DNA of 64,000 nt from a virus: positions 14,573 to 78,572 of IMG/VR virus record IMGVR_UViG_3300025727_000008. The stretch is one strand, 5' to 3'. Below, in pieces: positions 29,503 through 39,430 of this stretch. The position numbers were made by a program, and so were the translations under genes. The first letter of the stretch is position 1. Each line of letters opens with the position of its first letter. Under the pieces are notes generated by a model that saw only the letters and a program-made list of their open reading frames with translations, was not told the origin of the DNA and searched no databases.

Positions 29503-30133
29503 ATGAAAGAATGCTATAAATGTGGAAAAATAATCAGTGATAATAAATATTGTTGTTATTCTTGTATTAAAAGTGAGGCGATATAATGTTTGACGAAGAA
29601 GATTAATATAACTCAAACGGGCAAATGCGAAGACTACTGAGCGAACTTTGTAGGTTAATGAACTCGGCCATAATGGTTTTCTATTGAAATACCATTTGGA
29701 TAGCCAACCTACCCATTGTAAGTCCCGACCTAATAAAATTCCCTTCGGGGTCTTAATAATCACAAAGTTCTCACAACCATATGGTAGCATCAATAAAGAT
29801 GCGCTACCACATCGGGGGTGAAAATAAGTGTACGACGACGAAGATTGATTATCCTAACAATACAAGTGTAAGTCCTACCACACCATATGGTTTGGTAACT
29901 TTGTGGAAACCCTAATTATAATAAAATTATAACAAATTACTAAAAGGGCATCGGGTAGCAGTGACTTTACTATAAAATACGATTAAGGTTCTTGCAATCC
30001 GTTCCGGTATGTCGAAGTTTCTAGAATGTCGGGATAGCGGTCAGGCATAGTGTTTGTGTCTTGCGTCGTGGTTTTTTATATCGTGAAATTAATCACTGTG
30101 CGTGTGTATTGCTACTTTCAGCCCTAAAGGTAA

Positions 30134-30442
30134 TCAGATTACAATGGGAATGGGTGTTAGGGAAAGAAGAAGAGTATTATATTGTTCAATATTATCTTCA
30201 GTAATATCACCAAAGGCATTTATTGCATCAATGTTTTTCTTCATTATTGTTAGTGCTTTAGTTGCTTCTTCTACTACTTCAGATGCAAAATCACCTCTAA
30301 ATTTTAAGGACTTAATAATAATCTTATGTACTGAACCAGATTTAGATTGTGATATTTCTATTTCAAAGGGATAAGACATATTTAATATCTGTTCGGGTGT
30401 GTTTGTATGTTCTGCCATAATCCAAGCATGATAAATATACAT
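30134..30442 (-). CDS. Small hypothetical protein (likely start MAEHTN)
   Basis: ORF track; divergent from 30559. Confidence 0.5.
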   Translation of the reverse strand: MYIYHAWIMAEHTNTPEQILNMSYPFEIEISQSKSGSVHKIIIKSLKFRGDFASEVVEEATKALTIMKKNIDAINAFGDITEDNIEQYNTLLLSLTPIPIVI

Positions 30443-30558
30443 ATGAGGTAATGATTACAAAGTATCATACCATATGGTTGTGAACTTTGTGAACTCACCC
30501 TATATGTGAATATATTCACCCCTCATTGTGCTGAGGGTAATACCACAGAGAAAGGAAA

Positions 30559-31041
30559 GTGAATAAAATGGCAAAATACACAACAACCGAAATAAGAGAT
30601 ATAATGACGACATGGGTGGATTCTGAAAAGAACACTACCGGATGGATGAAAGGAGCAGTTGAGGATGCTTGCGCTAATTTAGATGCAGGAGAAATAACTG
30701 AATCTGTATTCAGTTCTTCAATTCAAGGAATGTGCAGACAACTTAAGGAGAATCCACTATCACGACGCGGAACCAATTTCTCATATGATGAAACACGAGA
30801 AATTAACCTCGCAGAATGCAAGACCTTTACCACAACAATTGAAACAGCATTTAATAAATTAAGCCCAGTGGCTCAAACTTATTACCGAGCAAAGATTTCA
30901 GACCAACGCCCAGCAGGAATATACGCCAACGGCGCAGATTTAGCCGGATTTATGTACGAAAGATGCGAAGGCGAAGCAAAAATTCAGCAAAAGGCTGATA
31001 AAAAGTCAAGCAAAGCAAGTGCGAAAGGGGGCAATATCTGA
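30559..31041 (+). CDS. Hypothetical protein with GC-richer codons and basic C-terminus
   Basis: ORF track; flanked by palindromes at 30469 and 31089. Confidence 0.7.
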   Translation: MNKMAKYTTTEIRDIMTTWVDSEKNTTGWMKGAVEDACANLDAGEITESVFSSSIQGMCRQLKENPLSRRGTNFSYDETREINLAECKTFTTTIETAFNKLSPVAQTYYRAKISDQRPAGIYANGADLAGFMYERCEGEAKIQQKADKKSSKASAKGGNI

Positions 31042-31099
31042 GGTTGTCCCTTCCCTCGGCACACTTGGGGTTTCTCACAAAGTTCCACACCATATGGTT

Positions 31100-31157
31100 G
31101 GATAGTATATTCTTAGATTTTTTAAGGATAGTATATTCTTAGGATTTTTAAGGATAG
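31100..31157 (+). repeat. 26-bp tandem repeat, about 2.2 copies (GGATAGTATATTCTTAGrwTTTTTAA)
   Basis: Units at 31100 and 31126, partial at 31152. Confidence 0.85.
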
Positions 31158-31436
31158 GAAAAAAAGAGAGGGTACATCGGATGGAAAAGTTGCTTTATAT
31201 ATGAATGGAATGTATATGGATTATAGATGATGGGAGAATCCGTTAAAGTGCGTGTTTCTCTATAACATCATATAATGACCACTAACTTAAGGGAAAAACA
31301 TTTCACTACCTATTTTAATGGTTCATAAGGATAGTAATATCTCCCATCCCATATAATATAATATAAAATATCAATATTTATACTATATAGGATATATCAT
31401 AATAAATATAATAATACATGATTTAGTTATCATGGT

Positions 31437-31712
<276 letters not shown>

Positions 31713-32581
31713 TACATGATAAGTAATTCATATACACCAATGTTACGATATGTAGCATTTTACACTCACACTAGGCGATAGTCCTGTAAATCTATCAAAG
31801 AGTTCCCCTTCTTCGGAAAAAGTTCAATTTGATAGTATGCGCCGTGAGAACAGGGGTTTTTTACAATAATAAGAACCGAGGAATGGAACTATCCATAGGA
31901 ATTATCTGACTTAGCGGAAGGATAAGGAACATGAGGAATTCCATTCTTCAGAAAAAGATAAAGAAGTTTATATTAGAAACTGAATATGGAAAAGATTAGA
32001 ATTAGTGTTACATGATTAACATACCTTAAATGCCTTCGGGAGTTATACGGCAGTTAATCATTATCTGATTCTAGTTTAAGTAAGTATTCTAGTTTTTAAA
32101 AAGATGTTTATGCAAGGAAAGGTGTTCCTTGTGTACTGCGGCCATTAATAAGTAAAAGCATTGTTAATCAAGGAATTTATTTCTTGTGTTTGTTAGTAAC
32201 ATCAGTAGTCAACATCGAATAGTAAAAACTAATTAATAACATTTGACTAATGTGATTACATCACCTTCGCGTAAACCGGCATAGCACGTTTTTTCTTTCC
32301 CCATACCTTTCACAAACACTTTTCAGGTATTACCCTGATTTGGGGCTTACTACTTTTTTGCCATTGTAGTAAGTCCCTTCACACTCAACACTCACTAACG
32401 ATACATATACCAAGTATGGGACAGTATTATGCTTAGTGAATACTGAGTTAGGTTTTGAACAAGTAATAAATTGTATTATGCACATTGCCCCAAGCGGTAC
32501 TGTTCTTAATCCTGTGGTGGGATGAACAATTTTCCTAACTATTCACATTCCCAAATAATAATAATAAAAGAGGAAATAAAA

Positions 32582-34021
32582 ATGATAATAAAAGGAACAA
32601 ACGAACAAGAAGAAATATGGAAAGAAATGACTTATGGTGATTCACATATGATGGTTTATGCTGGTGCTGGCACTGGTAAGACATTCACAATTGTTGAAGG
32701 TGCTGAACATGTAGTTGGTAATAAATGCTTTTTAGCATTTAACAAGGCAATTGCAACTGAATTAGCAAATAAATTACCTGATGATTGTGAAGCAAAAACA
32801 TTTCATAGTTTAGGTCTATCATCTATTAAGATGGTTAAAAGGAATTGTAAAGTTGATAATAAGAAAACCTACAACATAGTAAACAACCTAATGGGTAGGA
32901 AGTTCAAATCTACATCACAATTAATTAAATTAGTTAGTTTGATTAAATCATCAATGATTGAATGGGATGATAGAGAATCAATTCAAAAAATAATGGATGA
33001 ATATAATATTGAGTTTGATGGTGTATTAGAAATGAATAATGCCCTGAAGTATCTCCCTACAATAAAGAACAATTGTATGGATTTATCAATCGTTGATTTT
33101 GATGATATGATTTGGCTTCCAGTTGTTATGGATTTAAGCGTTAAACATTATGATGTAATATTTGTTGATGAAGCACAAGACTTCAATGAAGTTCAAAGAC
33201 AATTAATTTTGAAAACCTGTAATGGTGGTAGGATGATTGTAGTGGGCGACCCAAAGCAAGCCATCTATGGATTTAGAGGTGCAGATAGCGCATCAATGAA
33301 TTTATTTCAAGACACATTAAATCAATCTCCTAGAGGGGTAAAAGATTACACTCTAAGTATTACTTGGAGATGCCCTAAATCCGTAGTCAAAGAAGCAAAT
33401 CGTTTCTTTGGTGATTATACATGTCGAGAAGATGCTGAAGAAGGAGTAGTTAAAACTAATGCAGATTTTGACCCTAAAGTTGGAGATTTAGTTTTATGTA
33501 GAACTAATGCACCTTTGATTCAAAGTTGCTTCTCATTAATTTCACAAGGAATACCTGCTTATGTATTAGGTAGGGATATTGGTTATAGTTTGAATCTTCT
33601 AGTAAAGAAGGTAACAAAGAATATGGATATGTCTATTGCAGAATTTCTACCTTTATTAGAAAAACATGTTTCATATCAAGTTGATGTATTAAAGAAAGCA
33701 GACAAAGAGCGATTAGTTCAATCTGTTGAAGATAAACATCAATGTATAATTTATCTCACTAAAAATGCAAGTAGTGTTCAAGGTATTCTTGATAACATTA
33801 AGGCTATATTTGGTGATGGTAAAAAGAGAGGCGTTGTATTCTCTACTATTCATAAAGCCAAAGGTCTTGAAAGAGATAACATTTGGATATTAAAACCTGA
33901 ACTTATGCCTCATCCTATGGCAAAGTCAGCAGCAGATAAGCAGCAAGAAAAGAATCTTTGTTATGTGGCAATCACAAGAGCAAAGAAAACTTTGAATTAT
34001 GTAGGTGAGAGAATTGGTTAA
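32582..34021 (+). CDS. SF1 UvrD/Rep-like helicase
   Basis: AGAGTGKT, FVDEAQD, VGDPKQAIYGFRGA, STIHKAKGLE, YVAITRAK; GAGG SD before ATG 32582. Confidence 0.93.
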   Translation: MIIKGTNEQEEIWKEMTYGDSHMMVYAGAGTGKTFTIVEGAEHVVGNKCFLAFNKAIATELANKLPDDCEAKTFHSLGLSSIKMVKRNCKVDNKKTYNIVNNLMGRKFKSTSQLIKLVSLIKSSMIEWDDRESIQKIMDEYNIEFDGVLEMNNALKYLPTIKNNCMDLSIVDFDDMIWLPVVMDLSVKHYDVIFVDEAQDFNEVQRQLILKTCNGGRMIVVGDPKQAIYGFRGADSASMNLFQDTLNQSPRGVKDYTLSITWRCPKSVVKEANRFFGDYTCREDAEEGVVKTNADFDPKVGDLVLCRTNAPLIQSCFSLISQGIPAYVLGRDIGYSLNLLVKKVTKNMDMSIAEFLPLLEKHVSYQVDVLKKADKERLVQSVEDKHQCIIYLTKNASSVQGILDNIKAIFGDGKKRGVVFSTIHKAKGLERDNIWILKPELMPHPMAKSAADKQQEKNLCYVAITRAKKTLNYVGERIG

Positions 34022-34169
34022 GTGTGAAGAATGTAAAGATACAGGTTTAGTAGCAGTGCAACTTCCTGAAGGTGGTTTAGTGGTTGAACCATGTATGCCA
34101 TGTTCTATGGAAGATTATATTAAATATATAGATACATTAGATTTCTATGATAAACATGGAATTAATTAA
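34014..34169 (+). CDS. Small Zn-ribbon protein (CEEC...CMPC), missing from the track
   Basis: Hand-translated from TTG with GGTGA SD. Confidence 0.5.
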   Translation: MVKCEECKDTGLVAVQLPEGGLVVEPCMPCSMEDYIKYIDTLDFYDKHGIN

Positions 34170-34409
34170 TACTTTAAGGATAATTAAGAATTAGTATTAT
34201 TACATGCGAAATGGTTCTGGTGATAACTACTGGTGATAACAATGTTGCTATTGGACACAAAGCAGGATGTAAAAAGTGTGTTTTTAGCCTAAAAACAGTG
34301 TTTTTTATGTTGTAAAATTTATGCGAAATAAAAAAAGTAGATATTGTGGTAGGGATAGAAGGTTTCATAAAGGAATAAAATGTTTTGATGTATTGCCTTC
34401 TCGGTGTGA

Positions 34410-34709
34410 TTGTTAATCATGCCAATAGAAGATTTTAGTCGTAAACATTATGCAAGATTTACTAATGGAGTAGTGTGTATAGATGATGTTCAAGCATTCA
34501 CATGGAGTAAATTAAAACCTAATGATGAGTTAACTAAATTTATCTATCCTTCAACAAGAAAGGGGGATGTGTATAAAATAGTTTTATTCTTAAAAGGTGG
34601 ACAGAATTTTATCACTGCAACTAGTAGAAAAAACCTTAAAAAAATAATAACTAGATTTAAGGCTCAAAAAACCCTTTTAGGAGAGGATGAGTTATGGGAA
34701 GAGGAATAG
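34410..34709 (+). CDS. Hypothetical protein
   Basis: ORF track. Confidence 0.55.
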   Translation: MLIMPIEDFSRKHYARFTNGVVCIDDVQAFTWSKLKPNDELTKFIYPSTRKGDVYKIVLFLKGGQNFITATSRKNLKKIITRFKAQKTLLGEDELWEEE

Positions 34710-34897
34710 TAACTGAAGATATAATAAAGAACATACAAGCAATGCAATATCATTACAATAAAATGGTTGAAGCATATGAAAAATTACCTACTCTAACGCC
34801 AATGAGAAAGGTAATAATAGACGATGCATTAATAGTTATAGGAGCAACTATGGATGGAGTTTATAATGAATTAAAAGATTATGGCGAACAAATATGA
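34694..34897 (+). CDS. Hypothetical protein
   Basis: ORF track; GAGG SD. Confidence 0.5.
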   Translation: MGRGIVTEDIIKNIQAMQYHYNKMVEAYEKLPTLTPMRKVIIDDALIVIGATMDGVYNELKDYGEQI

Positions 34898-35228
34898 GGA
34901 AATAAAAATGAATGAAGAAAAAGAAATTAACCCTTTTATGGGAATGAAAGAACAACACAAATATGAGGTAATAAAAATGTATAATAAAGAAAGAAAAAAA
35001 TTGAATAAGGAATTAAGAATGAGTGCTGCTATACCAAAAGGTATGGAAGATTTGAATGAAACTACTTGGAAAAATAAGTATAATAATTGTATAATTACAA
35101 TTGTAAAAAGAATAGTTACAGATACAGGTAATGTTTTTTGGTATTCAAATACTGATGAAATATACACTATTAAAGATTTGAATAAACATTGGCATCTTGT
35201 TTCTGATACTACCGAAGAAGAGGAATAA
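34881..35228 (+). CDS. Hypothetical protein
   Basis: ORF track. Confidence 0.55.
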   Translation: MANKYEEIKMNEEKEINPFMGMKEQHKYEVIKMYNKERKKLNKELRMSAAIPKGMEDLNETTWKNKYNNCIITIVKRIVTDTGNVFWYSNTDEIYTIKDLNKHWHLVSDTTEEEE

Positions 35229-35229
35229 T

Positions 35230-35472
35230 ATGAATAAAGAAAGTAATGTAGAATTTAGAATGGTATCTGATGATGAGATGCCACCAATAGTGATAACTAT
35301 GAATGAAGATGATAAAGTTAAAGTTGTTTTAAATCAAAATAATTTAATATGGTTATCTCTACATAGAAAAACAATTGGTGGACTACCTGAAGCACTATAT
35401 TCAAAACTAGATATGCTTCTTGATGGTTTTCTACGAGAACAAAGACATAATGAAAGGATTGATTTAGAATGA
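35230..35472 (+). CDS. Hypothetical protein (start MNKESNV)
   Basis: GAGGAA SD before ATG. Confidence 0.6.
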   Translation: MNKESNVEFRMVSDDEMPPIVITMNEDDKVKVVLNQNNLIWLSLHRKTIGGLPEALYSKLDMLLDGFLREQRHNERIDLE

Positions 35473-36563
35473 ATGCAGATATATTTGAAGAACAACTTAA
35501 AATAAAAAGTAATAATTATCCTAGATTGACTGGTAAATTATTAGAATTATCTAATGCTGATAAATATGATGATGCTAAACAGGAATGGAGAATAACAGGT
35601 AAAACTTGGGACACTAATAGACATTATAATAATCATCCTGATGTTTTATTGGAACTTAATAACCATCCTAGTAATCATAAACATCATTGTTTATGTGGTC
35701 ATAATATTAGATACCATTTTGAAATAGAAAACACTACAACTAATGTATTAGAAATAGTAGGTTCTAGTTGTATTAACAATTGGATGGTATTAAGACATAT
35801 TAATGAGGTATTGAAAATAGATAAGAGAACCATTACTGAAAAGATGATTGATGAATGGAAACAAACAGCAGTTCAATCTTTGGTGAAGGATTCATGGTGG
35901 GAATTAGATGGTGAAGAGTTTACTAATAATTTTAATAATATAAAGGATTTAGATTTAAGAATAAATGTGAAAAAGACAGGAAGGAAATATTGGGATGAAA
36001 TGTTAAAGGAATACAGACCCCAAACATATATTCGCAAATCAAGTAATGGTATATATGGACACCCTGATTATCAAATGGCTTCAATTGTTTGGAGATGGAA
36101 TCATCCTGATAATAAACGAAGTCAAATAAATAGTAAGAGGGGATTTCCTAATGAAAGACTAATTAATGATATTGCTCATTTTCTTATTAATATGAATAGA
36201 ATACTTACTATAATTCAAATTGAAGATAAAAAGGATTCAGAAAGGTATCAAGAATTAGCATTAATTGATAATGTTATTCGTAATGAAATAATTAAAACTA
36301 ATGAAAATGATTTAGACCAACATCATTTTTTGAAGGGATGTGATTATTTTGGTATCAGACCATTCACAGCAGGTGAAGCAAGAAATGCTTGGGAACGACG
36401 ATTTCTGAGAGATATGAGAAGGGTAGTGGTTAATATTCAACAGCCTACAGAAAAACAAGCCGATAAACTTATTAATATATTAAATAGAAGAAGTATTACA
36501 GAAGAAGGGGCGGTTCTTTCCAACGATGAATTTGTTAACCCTGACGATACAATGAGGATGTAA
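35469..36563 (+). CDS. Hypothetical protein with CxCG..I...VGSxCI Zn-binding motif
   Basis: HHCLCGHNIRYHFEIEN...VGSSCI. Confidence 0.7.
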   Translation: MNADIFEEQLKIKSNNYPRLTGKLLELSNADKYDDAKQEWRITGKTWDTNRHYNNHPDVLLELNNHPSNHKHHCLCGHNIRYHFEIENTTTNVLEIVGSSCINNWMVLRHINEVLKIDKRTITEKMIDEWKQTAVQSLVKDSWWELDGEEFTNNFNNIKDLDLRINVKKTGRKYWDEMLKEYRPQTYIRKSSNGIYGHPDYQMASIVWRWNHPDNKRSQINSKRGFPNERLINDIAHFLINMNRILTIIQIEDKKDSERYQELALIDNVIRNEIIKTNENDLDQHHFLKGCDYFGIRPFTAGEARNAWERRFLRDMRRVVVNIQQPTEKQADKLINILNRRSITEEGAVLSNDEFVNPDDTMRM

Positions 36564-36565
36564 AT

Positions 36566-36829
36566 ATGGCAAAGAAAAATAAGAAAATAGAAGAAGAAGT
36601 AACGGAAGAAGAATCAGAAGATGTGGCTATGCAAACGCCATTAAATACATTGCAAGAAGATTTCAATCGTCTTTTAGAATATGCTAAGGGGTTAGAAGGA
36701 ACTCTTCAGTCATTCAGACAGAAGGTTGATGTTTACGAAGCAATGCAAATACAACTACTTGGTGATAAGCGCGAGTTAAAATCGTATATTACACAATTAG
36801 AAACAGCACAAAGACAAAGTGAGTCTTAA
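36566..36829 (+). CDS. Coiled-coil protein
   Basis: Heptad pattern. Confidence 0.6.
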   Translation: MAKKNKKIEEEVTEEESEDVAMQTPLNTLQEDFNRLLEYAKGLEGTLQSFRQKVDVYEAMQIQLLGDKRELKSYITQLETAQRQSES

Positions 36830-36853
36830 ACACACAAACATAGAGGAATAAAA

Positions 36854-37069
36854 ATGGTTAAAGAAATGAAATTAAGAATAATGAATGAAACAGGCGACAC
36901 AAATTTAGTTGTTAACACAACTGAAATGTGTGAGCAAATAGCAGAACACCCAACACATTGGGTTTATGTTGACGGAGATATGATTTCTAGGGAATCTGTA
37001 GTCAATGTAGATTGGAATGAAGTTGAGGCTGTTAACTTAGTACCAGCACTTGTTGGCGGAAGTCAGTAA
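36854..37069 (+). CDS. Ubiquitin-like (beta-grasp, ThiS/MoaD/SAMP-type) protein ending LVGG-SQ
   Basis: 71 aa; beta-hairpin, helix, WVYVDG strand, VNLVPALVGG end typical of ThiS/MoaD; strong SD. Confidence 0.72.
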   Translation: MVKEMKLRIMNETGDTNLVVNTTEMCEQIAEHPTHWVYVDGDMISRESVVNVDWNEVEAVNLVPALVGGSQ

Positions 37070-37220
37070 ATCTGTAAATATTAAGTATATCTTACTATAG
37101 ACTATAGTGTCTATCGGTAATTACTATAGGTCTAGTCTGACTGTTAGTAATCCCAATAACGGGAGTTGTTATCTAATGGGTGTGAAGCCCATTAAATCTT
37201 ATTTAAAGGAGAAAAAAAAA

Positions 37221-39143
37221 ATGAATAAAGAAACTGAATTTGCATCAAAAATAACACACTTTACTAAATACGCTAAACATAAACCCGAATATAATAGAAG
37301 AGAAACATGGGAAGAAACTTGTATTAGAAATCTAATAATGCATCAAAATAAAATAACCACCGAATACACAAATATTAACACTCAAAATTTACTTTTACAT
37401 AAACTATATGATGTTTATGATAATTATGTAATTCCAAAACTAATACTACCATCAATGCGCTCTATGCAATTCTCAGGGAGAGCAATAGAACGCTCACCAA
37501 ATAGAATATACAATTGTGCTTACTTACCAATAGATAATATTTTATCTTTTTCAGAAACAATGTACCTTCTATTAGGTGGAACAGGTGTAGGTTATTCTGT
37601 TCAGCAACATCACATTGAACAATTACCGATAATTAAAAAGGCAACATATCCTATGAAGTATATTATTCAAGATACCATTATAGGTTATGCTGATGCAGTA
37701 AAGGTTTTAGTTGAATCTAATACAGGAATAATAGACTATAACCCTGTTTTTGATTTAAGTGAGATTAGACCTGAAGGAACTTTGTTAAAAACTACTGGTG
37801 GTAAATCTCCTGACCCAATGATTCTAAAAAGATGTTTAGAGAATATTTCTAATGTTTTTAATAGCAAACAAAATGGAGATAAATTAACCCCTTTAGAATC
37901 ACATGATATTCTTTGTTATATTGCAGATGCAGTATTAGCAGGTGGTATTAGGCGTTCAGCAATGATTGCTTTATTTAGTTATGATGATAATGAAATGATT
38001 GACTGTAAAAGTGGTGAATGGTGGACTTTTAATGAACAAAGAGGTATGGCGAATAATTCTGCTGTATTAGATAGGAATGAAGTTACCCAAAGTGATTTTA
38101 AGGTTCTATGGAATAAAGTTCAAAATAATGGTAGCGGAGAACCTGCATTCTATTTCACTAACGATACAGAATGGGGAACAAATCCCTGCGTAGAAATAAG
38201 TTTAAAACCATATAGTTTCTGTAATCTTTGTGAAGTAAATGTTGCTAATGTTAAAGACCAATTAGATTTAGAAAATAGAATAGATGCGGCTACATTTTTA
38301 GGAACTTTACAAGCAACATATACAGATTTTCATTATTTACGACCTATATGGAAACAAACAACTGAAGAAGATGCATTAATTGGAATATCTATGACGGGTA
38401 TTGCTAATAATAGAATTAAAGGATTAAATTTAATTAACGCTAGTGATTTAGTTAAAGAAAAAAATCAGTATTACTCACAATTAATGAAAATTAATCAAGC
38501 GGCAAGAACAACTTGCGTTAAACCTGCTGGAACAACTAGCCTAATATTAGGCACAAGTAGTGGTATTCATGCATGGCATTCTAAATACTATATTAGAAGA
38601 ATGAGAATAGGTAAAAAAGAACCTATTTATAATTATTTATTAGAGAATATTCCTAAATTAATAGAGTGTGAGATTAAACACAATAAAACTACGGGAGAAT
38701 CTTATTCTTCAGAACATTCTGCTGTGTTATCATTACCTCAAAAAGCACCCTATAAAAATAGCATTGTAAGAGATGATGAATCAGCGTTAGATTTACTTAA
38801 CCGTATTAAATATATTTCAACTAATTGGGTAAAGAATGGACATAACAATGGTATTAACACAAATAATGTATCTGCTACTGTTAGTGTGAAACCTAATGAA
38901 TGGAAAGAAGTTGGTGAATGGATGTGGGATAACAGAATTTTATACAATGGTATAGCATTATTACCGTATGATGGTGGTAATTATACACAAGCACCATTTG
39001 AAACTATTGATAAGAATAAATTTGAGGAAATGGTTAATATTATAGAAGATTCTAATTTTAATCTACAAGATATTGTAGAAATAGATGATAATACTAATCT
39101 ACAATCCGAAATTGCTTGTGCTGGTGGAACTTGTGAAATTTAA
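37221..39143 (+). CDS. nrdJ: Class II (adenosylcobalamin) ribonucleotide reductase
   Basis: RRETWEE, PSMR, YNC, GTGVG, TNPCVEI, TTCVKPAGT, C-terminal CAGGTCEI; AAGGAG SD before ATG 37221. Confidence 0.9.
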   Translation: MNKETEFASKITHFTKYAKHKPEYNRRETWEETCIRNLIMHQNKITTEYTNINTQNLLLHKLYDVYDNYVIPKLILPSMRSMQFSGRAIERSPNRIYNCAYLPIDNILSFSETMYLLLGGTGVGYSVQQHHIEQLPIIKKATYPMKYIIQDTIIGYADAVKVLVESNTGIIDYNPVFDLSEIRPEGTLLKTTGGKSPDPMILKRCLENISNVFNSKQNGDKLTPLESHDILCYIADAVLAGGIRRSAMIALFSYDDNEMIDCKSGEWWTFNEQRGMANNSAVLDRNEVTQSDFKVLWNKVQNNGSGEPAFYFTNDTEWGTNPCVEISLKPYSFCNLCEVNVANVKDQLDLENRIDAATFLGTLQATYTDFHYLRPIWKQTTEEDALIGISMTGIANNRIKGLNLINASDLVKEKNQYYSQLMKINQAARTTCVKPAGTTSLILGTSSGIHAWHSKYYIRRMRIGKKEPIYNYLLENIPKLIECEIKHNKTTGESYSSEHSAVLSLPQKAPYKNSIVRDDESALDLLNRIKYISTNWVKNGHNNGINTNNVSATVSVKPNEWKEVGEWMWDNRILYNGIALLPYDGGNYTQAPFETIDKNKFEEMVNIIEDSNFNLQDIVEIDDNTNLQSEIACAGGTCEI

Positions 39144-39430
39144 TTTAAAAAATTATCCAATACTGTCCCATACAGAAAAAAATAACTTTTTACTTATTGA
39201 AGAAGATATAATAGATATTATAGAAAATACAGAGGGTAAATATATTATTAGAAGTAATTTCAATGCAAGAAAAAAGGGTGAATTATCCCATACTAAATTA
39301 ATTAAAAATATTGTATATTATGTAATATATGGATATACAATAATAAATACTATAGATGAATTAGAGAATTATATCTACTATTCAATAGATGTTAAAATAA
39401 ATAATAAAAAAAATAAATGGAGAAATAAAT

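Larger units (their letters stand above)
29089..31098. repeat. Dispersed palindromic element ACCATATGGT (6 perfect copies), often with CAAAGT / ACTTTG outer arms
   Basis: Copies at 29119, 29239, 29776, 29882, 30469, 31089; partial at 29089. Confidence 0.85.

Noticed and set aside
29395-29793. 132-aa minus-strand ORF in the control region
   Set aside because: Crosses repeat elements and overlaps a more plausible plus-strand ORF; no SD; atypical composition
29089-31157. CRISPR array or mini-array (repeats plus a Cas4-like gene elsewhere)
   Set aside because: Repeats are about 10-bp cores at irregular spacing of 100-600 bp, with no constant repeat-spacer period; the Cas4-like gene is a stand-alone replication-module nuclease with no cas1/cas2
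37070-37220. Cobalamin riboswitch upstream of nrdJ
   Set aside because: Conserved AGGGAA, ACTGT and GCCACTG B12-box elements were not found
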